The notes under the pieces are model-generated. The model was not told the DNA's origin and did not search any database. It worked only from the letters and a program-made list of their open reading frames with translations. The translations under genes and the position numbers were made by a program. A DNA stretch of 37,932 nt from Parasitella parasitica NRRL 2501 (Eukaryota > Fungi > Mucoromycota). The stretch is taken from NCBI GenBank assembly GCA_025201805.1, contig MU619328.1, positions 91,653 through 129,584 on the forward strand, in the 5' to 3' direction. Positions within the stretch are counted from its first letter, which is position 1; each line of letters starts with the position of its first letter. Shown here piece by piece: positions 21,854 to 35,233 of this stretch.

Positions 21854-24422
21854 CTACCAAACAACGCATCTATCTTCATCGTTTTTATGCGGGTTCATAG
21901 GACTTCCAGCAGGACAATTAAAAGTCTTTGCAAAGTCGGCGCTATTGATCAAAGAATTCTTAACGCGGATGGACCATGGAGCATGCTCATCTTTAGGATC
22001 ATAGCCCGTTAATTCATCATCAAAGTAACTGCAACGAGGAATAGTATATCCAATAAAGAACATCTGCTCTTGTGTCAAGCTTTCGAAACCTGGCAATAAA
22101 AGCTCCTGTTGTTGTATCTGACTAATGTATTCACGATAAGCTGTTAATGCAATTGACAATCCACCGCTGTCAGCAATGTTTTCACCAAGCGTGTTCTAAT
22201 CATAAGTAGAATATTAATACCACTATACACATCGCGTCGTGCATGTATACGTACACTGCCATCGATTTGAATCTTTTCTCCAGTCGATCTGTTGGTGATA
22301 TAATCTTTGTTATATTGATCAATAAAGCACTGCGAGCGGTTATGGAATGATTCGTTAGAGAAAGGCGTCCACCACTCTTCCTCATATCCAGTGCTGTTGT
22401 AAAGACGCCCTTGGTTATCCAAAGCATGCTATTTGTAAATGAGTCAGTGCACCATTTGATTAACTCTATTGGGGCAAATCACTCACTGTCAATTCATGAC
22501 CAATTACTGAGCCTAATCCACCATAATTCAAATATTTAGGGAACTTATTATCATAGAATACGCGTTGAAGTATTCCCTCAGGGATTTCAATCTATATGCC
22601 CACACATGAGTGTTAGTAGTGAAAAAAATATATATTTGTGCGGCATATACCTGATTAAGCTGAGGATTGTAGAATGCGTTTACATCCGTTGTATAACCTT
22701 CATCAGACCATTCCTCATTCAAAACCTTGATTCCAAGCCCTTTCCATTGTCTATCGGTGTTCCATGAATAGTAGTTGCTAACAGATTTGTAATAACTTGT
22801 GCTGTCAACCAAGAGATTTTCATAATAGGATTGAATAAAAGTAGGATCTGTCCAATCTGGCTTGATCATATTAATAGCGGCTCTTGGTTTTAAAAGATTG
22901 ATCTATTCAGCGGGCTAAATTAGATGTTGTCTTGCCTGATTAAATGTATGTTCGTACCTTTTCGATAGCCCTGGTCTTTGTTGCTGCGTCAAGCCAAGGA
23001 GTTCCAGGGAGGTGGTTAAGCCATGATGTCTGCAATTCATGAATTAAGGCATCTATTTCTATCTTTTCATTGATACCACCAATAGTTTTGAGAGCAAAAA
23101 AACGACCGACACTGTTGTAGAAATTGGTCCCTACGTCGATTGCGCAGGCAGCTTGTCTGGTGGTAATGTTTGCAGCAAACGAATTTTCAGACGTCGTTTG
23201 ATTAGCGAGAGAAGGAATGGCACTATTAAACGGGAAAATCATTCCTTTGGTAAATCTATCCAAGGTGAAGCGAACAGTGAAAAAGTCTTGAAGTTTTTTC
23301 AACGTAAAGGTCGATATGAGCTTCTCCCATGGTTGCAAGTAATTTTGAACGGCGCGTATTGCATTTGCAGGGTTTGAGGTATACTCTGGATTAAGATCAG
23401 AAATGAACGTAGACCAGTCAATAAGGATGCTTGAGGATACCAAAGCGCTCACATTGTGATAGAAGACTGCAGTGCTCTTTTCAAGATTTTCTAACCTATA
23501 ATATACATGTATTACTCGATATGTACACATAAAACATGGTATATGGTCGTATGCACTTACGAATCTGTTAAGTTATTTAATTGAGTTTGTACATCAAAAT
23601 AGTTCTCTACTGCAGCTTTGATTTCATGTGGAGACCAGAGATCAATGTTCATCATATGGGCTGCGTCCAATAGTTGCTGAGTTTGGTTGTGTTGTCCCAA
23701 TACCTTGCTGATAACTTTCTCAGCAATCTCAGCATTTTCTTCCTTGTCGATTGTAGGGGCACCAATTAAAATAGTATTGTAATCATGGTCTTCGTCGTTT
23801 CTGGTTATTTTAGTTTCAATCAAAGAAATGACATTTTGGCGAATGAAATAAGCAAGTGTATGGGCCAATTGCTTTGGAATGGAACCAGCAGTTGTGTTAA
23901 CCGAAATTAAGTCGTTGCGAATATGTGCAATATCAGGATACAATTCAGCTGTACCGCGCTCTTGGTGAGTACACACATTGTAGTAGTCTTTGGCCTTTTG
24001 AAAGTTAGCTCTATCAGTATCTCTTTGTTCTGCAACATTGAACCCGTCGGTATTGGTCTTGAGCTGATTTGCCATGAATTCATCGTAAGTAGTCTCCATG
24101 ATTTCAACCAAAGAGACAACATTGTTCTTTGAAACATCCGTGAATGAGTCTCTTGCTATTGTATTAGATGTATAGAGATGAGCATTTATATTTCACATTA
24201 TACGCATATTCTTAAAGACATACATTGTTGTTTTTCTTTTTTAGTAACAGGAGGAGCTTTCAACCAGGCGCCACAAGAGTATTCAAAGAAATCTGAGCAT
24301 GGATCAACATTTAGATCGATATATTGTTTGATAAATGCACTTGTAGCCAGGCAATCGGGGGTGGTACAGACATTACTCGCCGTTGGAGGAGCACGCTGAA
24401 GTAGTATGTTGGTAGGAGGCAT
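21854..24422 (-). CDS. M13 family zinc metallopeptidase (neprilysin/ECE-like), 7 exons
   Basis: [40 protein letters not shown]|HALD (HExxH split by intron 22429-22486), [36 protein letters not shown]. All six introns are GT-AG and in frame. The 5' start is uncertain. Confidence 0.93.
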
Positions 24423-24987
24423 TGTTTAGTCGTAGGATGATTTGTACAGATGATGACAACAAAGCGAATCGAATTCATCTTTTTATATACGATTTTAGCG
24501 TTCGGCTTAGTATATATGGAATATACACACGCAAAATGACATTTCATCCAAAAATGCCTTAGTAACACAACTGTGGCTTTGGCCTAGGCACTATTTGTTT
24601 CAGCAGCTTAAATCCACTTTTGTATTATGCGCATGGAATGATGATAGGTGTTTGAGCAATGCCCCATGATTGCCTATATAACACTTGTTTGGAGCGTTAA
24701 ATGTTTGGGTTATGCGTATATACCATACACTGCCGATTTTATTTTTGTTTTTTGGGCTTTATATTATTTTGTAAAGCTTTGTAAGAGCACTTCAGCCCTC
24801 AACCAACTTTGTGTCATTGCGCGGAAGGGTAAAAATATACATGTCCTTTATGCTATAGAATAGAGTTGTGGCACTCGCTATTTTACTTTGTTTTGTACAA
24901 GGAAAAAGCTTAGGCAACATCTACATTATTACCTGGATTTCGCAACGTGTACATGAAAAATGACAGGTATATATCAAAGGGGTTTAT

Positions 24988-26899
24988 TTATGTATAACGG
25001 CTCATAATCTCGGTTGACTTTCTTGCAGGAGCTGATTCCAATGTAGGGACTTCTTCGCCACTGACAAATTTGGTGAGGCTGCCCTCCAACGAACCCCAAA
25101 GCGAAGAAAATGCCTTCTTTTGAAACTTGGGCTTAAGCCATGATCCGGGATCACTAAACGAAAAGTATTATTAGCAGGGCTAGTGTGCGTGTGAAACAGT
25201 GGTTTACTTTACCCGTTCTTTCTACCGACAGTATTTTCCAAAAATGCACCAAATGCATTCAATTGCTCGATTAAATGAGGATGTAAATAAGGGCTTGCTT
25301 TTGTATAGGACTTGATGCACTGTTCTATAGCATCAAAATAACGCTGAGCAGCGTCAATATAACCAAAGTCTGCCAATACCCAAGCATGAGCTAATTTGTA
25401 GCCTTGCAAAAACGGCAAACATGTATTTGAGCTCATTGCAAACTCAAATATCTCGGTCAGGTTGCACGCATCCAGCGTAGTGCTATCGCTGCCAATCAAA
25501 GTGAGCCTCACCTGGTTGGTGTCCTGGCCTGAATGAATCGACTGCTGGGATGAAAGCAGATAACTATTTACATGATAGATACAGATAAATACAAAAAAAC
25601 AAGACACACGAGCATATTAACATGTACCATATATGCGCAACCTCAATCCATCCTTGTTTCTTCATCATATCGCCGAATGCCTGCAGCGCCTCTAAATCTC
25701 TTGCAGTTCTATTGGCTAAAATGATGGCTACTGTATCTCTCCATTTCACCAGTTGGGATAAATCTGCTTGAGGTGTCACTGCTTGCAATCGATAGGGTGC
25801 ATTTATATGTTGCACATCATTTACAAGAAATTCATTGACAGCAGTAGCACCAGCACCTGAAAACAAGGAATATATGACACGCAGAGCTTGATTATTCCCA
25901 GCAATGTTGTTGAAATGTCGGCTCTGCCTCATCTCAGGCGTGCAGTTCATTTCACGGTCGACAAAATTCTTGATGACCTTTTGCCAAAGATCTTTGTCAA
26001 CGCAGCTGCTGATGATCAACGCATGAGCCCACAAATCCTCCTGGATGGCATAGTCTACAGCACCTATACGATCTCCGTTCAGTAAACAGTGCTCAATTTT
26101 TGATAATACATGGTTGGACAAGTCCACAGATGGTTGGTGCTCATTGTTGTTGCTGTTGCTGTTGCTGTTGTAGGACGGCAGTGCGAAATGAGAGTCTTCG
26201 ATCTTGGTGGTGATTGGACGCAATACCGAAAGGATCGCTTGATCCATCTTGTCTCTATCATTGATAGTGCCATCATTTTCTACCAACACCTTGACCAACT
26301 GCCATAACAGAATCTTGGATTGCATGCGGTGGTATTGTTTTGAATCGTACATCATGGCCAGCTTTTCCTTTTCAAATTCGTCCACCATCTGTGTCATGTA
26401 GTGCGCAACATCCTTTTTCTTTTGCTTTGTACCTGTTTTGCTGTCATAAAGAACAGGGCCAGGAAAACTGATAGGGAATGCACGATCGCCTAATTCTTTC
26501 ATGGATCTGATCTTGATGGAGCCAGGTTGAGGTTTCACGGTAGAAGAATAGTAATCTGTTACTGTTCGTGGAAATGTCACGAGCATTTTACCTCCAAACC
26601 CAAAACATACAATTGGACAGCCTCTAGCTCTGTCGAGTGGATCTACAGCAGCAGGCTGTTGTTGCTGCGATTGATAGCTGCGTTGGTATTGCTGGCTTTG
26701 TCCGTATAAATCTTGCATCGATTGGTGTTGAATGCCATTGTAATACGATTGCTGTTGTTGTTGTCTCGACGCCTCTACTGCACTTCCAGTCGAAGGTGGA
26801 TGGTAGAGAGGAACGATCTGGCTAGCATCCAGAGGGTTTGTCGAGTAAACAGGAGCTGTAGGAGGCCTTTGAAGTGGCGATAGGTTGTATGTTAATTGA

Positions 26900-26976
<77 letters not shown>

Positions 26977-27426
26977 GGGGTGGTAGTCTTGTATTTGGGT
27001 ATTTGCAAAAGACCTTGTTAAAGATGCTACATTCGTGTTGTTATTACTAGCTGCAGTAGGTGTATTTACAATCGCAGGAGTTACAGATCTCGACGCTGCT
27101 CCGAGTTGTCTCCCGCACTCTTCACAAAATTTTGAAGTGGGTTTATTTTCACCGTTACAAGTGGGTTCAGGACAAGGTAATAGTACATCGGGCGTTGGCT
27201 GTCTAGAGCTCTGTGTAGGAGGTTGTTGGGTATAAGGTTGAGATGTAATTGCGCCAGCTGCATTATAATAGGAAGTGTTATCTACGTATTGCGGCTGGTA
27301 ATCACACTCTAAATTCGTATTTGGATCATAATAGTGGAGCTGGCCTTGCTCATCGTAATAGTAATGAACATTGGGGTCAAATTGGTACCAGTCTCCTTGG
27401 ACAGGCTCATTATAAGGCGTCGTCAT
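24988..27426 (-). CDS. SEC16: Short Sec16-like COPII scaffold (3 exons)
   Basis: Exons 27426-25628, 25563-25213, 25153-24988. Sec16 conserved-domain motifs PIVCFGFGGK, FPGP, KKKDV, LLWQL, LLNGDR..AV.YA....LWAHALII, WRDTVAIILAN, AHICYLLS, LTEIFEF, YKL.HAW.LAD.G....AQRY, SWLKP, TKFVSGEE. Confidence 0.9.
26902..26976 (-). repeat. Perfect (CAACAG)12-CAA coding microsatellite encoding 25 Gln in Sec16
   Basis: Uninterrupted CTGTTG hexamer run on the + strand. Confidence 0.95.
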
Positions 27427-28375
27427 CTTTGCTTGAAACGATAAATTCCTTTTGTCTAATTTAAATTTGTCGATGATGATGATATGAAAAAAGGTAAAGA
27501 CGTTAAAAGAGATAGAGAAAAAAAATCTCGTAAATATATTTAAATGCCTTTTTGGCGAACAAAATGATGTGCTTTTTTATTCGCTAATCATACCGTACAA
27601 CATTGGGTTTGTTACGGTATCTACAATTTGCTGCTTGTTTACGTTCAGTAATTTATCAGCTCTTCAAATTAACATAAATTAGACGTTCCATTTAATCAGG
27701 CAATCGTTTCGTGTCTTCCTTGCGTTAAAAAAGGTTTAGTAAAGCTGTATTCATGTGCAAAATATGAATGAACGGCACTTGATTTTTTTTTTCATCGTGG
27801 TTCAGATGCCCTTCACTAAAACTACAAGTATAAAAACAAAAAATACATTAAAAGACAATTTTTATTTCTCTTTCGAGTGATACAAGTTTTAAAAGAGCTT
27901 ATTGCCAAAAATTTTAGATAAAAACTATTTAATTAAAAAAGCGTTTTTGAATGCAATTTTCATTTTTAAAGTAATGAAGTTGCAACAAATTGTTTTTGTG
28001 CGATATAGGTTGTTTTAGGTGTATTTTTTTTTCTGATTGGTCAAACTTGACAAATTTTATAACAGATGCGAGATATATTGTCATTATTATTATGTAGCCA
28101 CATTTCTTGTAAGGATACAGATGATTCAAAGTGGGTTTTATCCTGCTCAAGATACAAGATGAATCCCTTCCGATGCAAGTTTCCTCACTCCAAAAATGAT
28201 CCCGACTGTCGTTACTCAATGCTTTTGATTTGGACAATACATGTTAAATTGCCAGACTAATTTGGCCAAGTGATTCAAAAAAAAACACTAGCATAATCGG
28301 TAGGAATTGTTTATCTGGCTACATATCCTAATCACTGCCGATAACGAAATTTAGAAGTGAAATTTATTGTAACCG

Positions 28376-31217
28376 CTATCGAGTTTTTCGCATCACATTT
28401 AAATTAGAATTCTCCTCTTTACTTGAATCATCATCTGATTCTTCTTGAGATGTAGTTTCATCCGTTCCATCCGTTTCATCCGTTCCTTCCTCTTCTTGGT
28501 CTTCATCCTCTGCATCCTCTTCATCCTCTTCATCCTCTTCCTCTTCCTCTTCATCCGATTCACTTTCGTTTGTTGATGTCTCTTCTTCGCTAAATTCACT
28601 TTCATCTTCTTCGCTAGACTCATCGTAGAAGGCATCCAAATCGTAATCGTTGCCTTTTTTCTTCGTGTTTGATGAGGAATACATGGAGGATGAGCCCATG
28701 GCTTCAACACCAGACAACGCAGTAGAAGCGCCCGCTCCTGAACCAAATCTACCATTATTACTTCCTCCACGGTAAGAATCAAAACTGTCACTTCCAAATC
28801 CAGTTTCCATTACTACTGTACGACTACCACTCCATCCTTCAAGCTCCTCTACGTCACGTACACCAGCGTCAGGCTGTTCTTTAGGGAAATCCGGTAATGG
28901 CTCATAACCAGGAAGAGGCTGATTAGCTAAAAGAGAGAGCGATCCAACATTGTATTCAGATGCTGCTTGTACTTCACTCTCAATCACTGCAGGATCTTTG
29001 TTGGACAACAGGATGGTCTTCAGATGTTGTTTTAGCTGACTTAAACCAGGTTTTTCATCTTGGCTTGGTATAGTTAACGCACGTAAAAACCTTGCTCTAT
29101 CTCTCACATCATAGTCTGTGTCGTATCTTGCTAAATTGAGTAAATATTGGTTCAAGTTGTTCAAGATGGGGTGTGTGGCGTTTAAGCAGGTCAGTTTCGC
29201 AGACAAGGTCAAAATTTGAAGCTTTGTGATATGATGCTAGAAAAAATTACAAAGTTAACCCCAAATTCAAACGTCTAAGTTACCATCATACCTCGTTGGA
29301 AAAATTCTTGACTGCTTGGCGAAGAACATCAGGGCCTACCTTGGGCAGTGTTTCAGCATACTGGCCAACCAACCATAGAATGTTGGATCTTGCCATAGGG
29401 ACTTTTACTGTATCTAGCAATTTTACAAGGGCAATCACTGATCTCGAATGCTCTTCAGAAGATACTTGCAACAAACGAGTTAAAACCAGCACAGATTCAG
29501 CCACGACAAGTTCTATAGCAAAATATAAGTCTTTTCAATCGATTAAAATAATGCTCTACCTACCATTTTTACTGCGTAATAGTTTCATTAGTAGACGCAA
29601 GCATTTGTCCGCTGCTGTAGGTACTGTGGAAGCACATCTGGCAATGGCCTGGATAGTTGCTGCTACAAAATCCTTGTTAGGGTTTTTGACATATTGCTAT
29701 CACAGTAGTTGAGTACACTCATTCTTATTATTTGCAAGCGACACTTACTTGAAGTTCTGTGAGTAATATATGGATATTCGCTTCCGTTGCAATTGTTGTA
29801 AGGATATTTAGTTTGGCATCGCGGATGAATACAGGTTCGGAAGATTGAGCATAAAATTGTTGGAGCGAAGATTCAAACAAATACTAAAAGATGAATCAAC
29901 ATATACTGCTTGACAACACTTGTTCGCATACTACTTACAGGCCTTTTCAATGCCATTGCAGCAATATTTGTAAGCACAACATAACATTGCTCACGATGTG
30001 TTCTCAATAGTCGGACAAGAGGTTTTGCAATCGTCTCGGCTTGGGCCGCAGGAGCTAGATAGTAATACAATTTCGCTACAGCCAAGACAACACCGCTATT
30101 GCGACTTTGCAATAAAGGTACACAGCTCTTTAACAATAATTCATGATCCACGTCAAGGTCGATTGTTTCTCTTGGAGGCATCTCGTCAATATCAGTTTCC
30201 GAATCTGAATCTGAATAGAATGATTTGCTGTTGTTGGCGTAGTTGGTGGATTGCTTTGGTGGAATACGAGATTCATCTTCGCCATTAGGGTTTGGGTTCA
30301 AAAATTGGTTTCTGCCATATCTCAACAGCACGCTTAAAATTGACATTTGTCCCCATTCGTCACAATCCCCCAGCATCGAACATAACTTTCTGTAGCAAGG
30401 ATGGATCAAATCGAACCTGTTCGGACAAACTTCGTTGAATGCCATGATAGTACTTCCGATGACAATACTTGATCTATCCTTTAATAGTGTAGCAATTACT
30501 TCTACCAGAGCCTCTTTTTGGCTATCATCCAAACTGGTCGTGTGCGTAAGTGTGCATGTCAGTGATGATTAAAGCCCCTCTATCAATAGGACTTACCTGT
30601 AACATTTGGGTATAGCATGAGCAGCAGTTTTTCTGACATACGCACTAGAGTCTGTGATACATTTCTTAATACCGAGCAACACAATGGGACTAATCACAGG
30701 AACACGAATACCACTCATCACACGAAGTGCCATGGCTCGTATGATTTGGTTCTTGTCACTAAGATCCTTTTGAAACGAGTTTATAGATAACAAAGCTAGG
30801 TCAGGCTCTTGTTCAGCATATCTTAATAAGAAAATGTACACCAGTTTACGAATCTCAATATTCTGAGAGACAACGTTCTTCACAACATCAGGAAAGAATT
30901 CGGATACGTCTCTGCCTTTGGATATCATCTATGTGTACATTAGAGACAATGTGTATGTAAACAGGGGAAGGGGGTAAACTTACAGCAATCAACCTCTTTA
31001 ACCCATCTAGCTTTTCTCTGTCATTTTTAGAATCAAGTTGACGTTTGATATTACGCATCTTTTCTTCAGACGTATCAAAGTATTGTGCTCCAGATTCACT
31101 ACCGGGAAACCCCAACTCGCGCGCGTTATCCACAAGGCCCTGAGACATCTTTTGCGATAGCTTTGCTGCTTTTTCTGCAAACGTCTTTGCGCTGTTGATG
31201 TAATCCGATACTTCCAT
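28376..31217 (-). CDS. APL6: AP-3 adaptor complex beta subunit (7 exons)
   Basis: Exons 31217-30984, 30928-30597, 30533-29939, 29883-29749, 29696-29564, 29512-29292, 29236-28376. Motifs [50 protein letters not shown], internal FYSDSD loop, [23 protein letters not shown]; acidic tail. Confidence 0.95.
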
Positions 31218-32380
31218 GCTGATAAAATAAACGAAAAAGTAAAGAGAAAGAAGATGTCTATTTTGTTTTACAAAGCAAACTTGGAAACAATCGCGGAGAC
31301 CTAATGTAGCAACTCTGATTCAGTTGAATAATAGCTTGTTTTCCTCAGCAAGAATTGCAACACGCAGTTTCCTCAGTCGCGCTAAAACAGGAATATGGGA
31401 ATAAATGAAAGGCCTTTCATTTGATAAACAATGTATGCATTTGCACAATGAGCTATCTATATTCTGACAACGAAAATACTGAAAGTGACAACCCTTTGTC
31501 CAAAAAGCTAATGGGAATTTACACATTTTGCATATGCTTAAACCTGTATTTTTTTTTCGAGAAAATGTGCATATTTCGAGTGAGATTAGTTTGTAAAAGG
31601 TGAGCAATTTTTCCTAGTAGATCGATCCGATTTAATGTTTAATGGCTTTGAGTACGTTCCGTTTTTGCTCTGTATCATTTTGGCTCGTCAAGAGATACAG
31701 ATTTAACGCAGATGAAGGTATTCAGAGGGTAATTATTTGTTAAAGAATACCTAAAGAGTCTTTTTTAGACCATCTGCTACTTGATTCGTATTCGGATGTA
31801 TTGAAATCTGCTCCTCCGCATGTAAAAAAAAATACACAACATGTTATCAATGTAGGGAGCATTTCCCTACCATCCCGAGAGGAATATGATAGTCTACAGA
31901 GTTTTGTTGGTGAGACAAGAATGATTTGCGATGTAAGAGTAAACTCGGGATTCAGCATTCCGTTTTCTTTTGGGCGCTTACTCAAATGAAGCTAATAAAT
32001 TCATGTTTTGAATTCGATACAAAAAAGGAAATGCATCATTCAATTCTCTACTAATACAACAACTATTTTTTTATTATAGCTTTGATGGTTCTAGCGATAT
32101 GTAATGAAATAATAATATGCTATATATTTGATATAAAATGTGTTGATAATGAAAATCAAGAGAAAAATAATAATTCGGTTGCACATACACCAAAAGTATT
32201 TATGTAAACAAAAGCTCTTGTCGTACCTGCAATGTTTCATTGATTCTCTGGGTTAAATAAATCGCATTTCCTCTAAATTCGCTATTTTATCTTTCTCTTT
32301 CATTTACTTGATTTTTTATTTCATTATTCAACTTGGCAGACTTGACTTGATTCAAATTTTCAATTTATCACCCATCGCGC

Positions 32381-35047
32381 ATGTCGAGTGAGTTTTTATT
32401 AAAAAATAGACCATCTGATTTCAGTAGTGCAAGCTATAACAGTAACCATAACGACGGCAACCATAACAACGATGGATTTAACCCAACAGTGATAGGCCAT
32501 GATTATGCTTCAAATATACTTGTCGCCGAATTAACAATTCGATCTACAGCTTTCAATGCTGCATCTGGACCACCATCAACAAGCGATAGTAAAAACTTGA
32601 GCGAGGCATCCGCTGAAAAAAAAAATGAACATGTCAGTGGCAAGAAAACGAAGCGCCGTGTCACTTTTAATTTAGACAATGTTCAAGTACAAACAATACC
32701 CATATACTCTTCTTGTTCATCCGAAGACTCTTCTGAGTCAGAACAGGAAGATGAAGACTACATATACTCTTTGCCTAGTTGTGATCCTGCTGTTCCTCAG
32801 TCTTCCCTGTCCTCCACGGCTTGTCCGCCTTTTTTACCTCTACCATCAGCACAAATTACACCGCCGACACCACAGCCAGTGAATACAGCCATATCAGAAC
32901 GAATCTCCAAGAAAGAAAGCTATGACGCTTTACAACAAAGAAAGCAAACCAGACGCCGTGATAACTCACATCTCCCTTCAAGCACTAATATACCTGGATA
33001 TTGGTATCCTCTAAACCCCACCACAACTACAGGACCATTAGCAAACAATGGTATGGCTCGATGTGGTAGTCCCTTAATTACAATGAGATCATTGGAGATG
33101 ACAGAGCAATTGATAGCTGAATCTATCGAAAGAGAGATGGCGTTGAATCCACATTTACTTCATCATCCCGCTGCAAAAAGAACTAGTTGCATTCAAGAAA
33201 CCTCATCAACAACAACGCCACCTAGATCACCCATTGCAAATAATGATGCAGTAAGAATAAGCATGCTAATTACTGATACTGATGATGAGGATGAGGATGA
33301 AGATGAAGATGAAGACGAAGGTGAGGATGACGACGATGGCGATGATGAAGACAGTGTACAAGAGAAGCTACAAGATATCAATGATAAAACAGGGCTAGTT
33401 AGTTATGACGAACAGCCCAATTCAAGTCATTCGCCTGAATCATTTTCTTCTGTTTTGATTGATGACGAAGAAGAAATCGATACCTCCGTAACAGCATCCT
33501 CGGCTGAACCGCAAGCTGAAAACAATCAGACGGAGAATGATTTCACCAAATCGGTGTATGACGAACTTGCAAAACGACAGGATCAGACAGTGTTGCCTTT
33601 TTCTGAATACAAACCACCTAAACTTGACTTTTCGTTTGAACAAGATGTAATTCCAATTTCGGCTAATGACAATGTTGTGGTCATTCCACCTCCCCAAAAC
33701 AAGGACAGTCCTGTGTGGATAGACTATCCCTCTCCTACAACAACCATACATGATCAAGCACAGACAAGGGATATCTTCTTTGTAAAGGTACTTGAGGCAG
33801 AAAATCTGGATTTTCCTATAGAAGACGGTAATTTACAATGTGTAATAAAAGGTATCAGCACGGATTCTAATTTTATTTTTAGATAATACAAATATCTATT
33901 GTAGCATTCGGTATAAAAGTGCAGAGAGCAGATCCCATGGTCAGAAAATGGCACATACAATGATGATTGATCACGAAATGCGAATGTAAGTTTGATTGTA
34001 AATACTAACTGCTGAGGACTTATATGCAACTTGTAATACATAGCCAAGATATTGATCCAAACGAGCAGATTGCAATCACCATTCACGTTGCTGCTGCAAC
34101 GCAAAATAACAAGAAAATGCAGTTGTCTAATTCGAGTTGGTATCACAGGATGAAGGCTCCATCTGACCTTCAACGTTATGTGCATGAAAAAGATGGCTCT
34201 ATTTGTCAAACTTTATTTTCGCCAGATCGATTCATGTCGAATGCTTCATTGGATCAGACTGCTTCGTTGATGCTTGTAAATAATTGGTATCGTGCTGTGC
34301 AGCATACCATAAGCCCTTCCTCTTCTTCTTCGCTATTACGAAAGACATCTTCTTTGATGAAAAAGAAACCAGCCAATCCAGCAGTCGTAGCAAAGGAAAA
34401 GGCTGTGGGTAAATTATACGTGCAATGCTTGCATCTAAAAATTCAGGGCAACAATTTTCCTCGTGATTTAAATGAAGCTGTAGAAGCACTGAACGCCAAA
34501 CGCTTTCATAACACAGATTGGCAGGCTGGTTATTTATTGCAGCTGGGGGGCAATGCCAAGGTATACTCTAAAACTGGTTCCATATTTTAGTATCTAAATT
34601 TTCAATAATTAGCAACCTCGAAGACGATATTTCAAATTAACAGGAGTATGTTTGTATGCCTATGTGAATACTCCAAATCAAGACGAAAAGCACAACAGAC
34701 CACTGTACAAGATACCACTCTCAAGAGCTACACGTCTGATCTGCGATGATTTTGTCATCGTTGAAAGATCTCAAAACCAGTTGCAAAACACAAGCCCGGC
34801 AACATTGGTCAATCAGTTAGAACAAGTTATCATGCTTGATGATGACAAACAAGATGATGGTGAAACTACAGAACAAGAGAAGAATAGTTTTCAACTAGTG
34901 TTTGACAACGGCGACAAGATAAATTTTGGCTGCGAATCATTTGAAGAACGTAACAGGTGGATATCTGTCATGGAAATCATTATCTGTAGATTACCACCCT
35001 TGCCCGATTGGATCCGGAACAATCATTTTGATGCTTTATACCTCTGA
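32381..35047 (+). CDS. Bud4/Mid2/anillin-like protein: disordered N-terminus, C2-like region, C-terminal PH domain (4 exons)
   Basis: Exons 32381-33827, 33883-33985, 34044-34560, 34613-35047, in frame. FVKVLEAENLDFP, YVHEKDGSICQT, GKLYVQCL; PH domain GYLLQLGGNAKQPRRRYFKL...SFQLVFDNGDKINF.CES.EER.RW; C-terminal P.W. Confidence 0.75.
33278..33352 (+). repeat. (GAN)n-rich acidic low-complexity tract in the Bud4-like gene
   Basis: GATGATGAGGATGAGGATGAAGATGAAGAT... encoding DDEDEDEDEDEDEGEDDDDGDDED. Confidence 0.7.
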
Positions 35048-35233
35048 GAAAAATCTCATACACTTTACCAATTATTTACTTGTACTTGCAAACCCATACA
35101 AGATACACGATTTTTCACGACCTCATATTCTACTCACCACTATAATAACATTTTATAAAAGAGTTTGAATTTTTCATATAGAAACATTTTTATAATAGTA
35201 ATTAATTAAAAAATTTTGTAGTATATATAGTGA

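Noticed and set aside
31320-31989. Short ORFs between AP-3 beta and the Bud4-like gene
   Set aside because: No recognisable motifs and no coherent spliced model.
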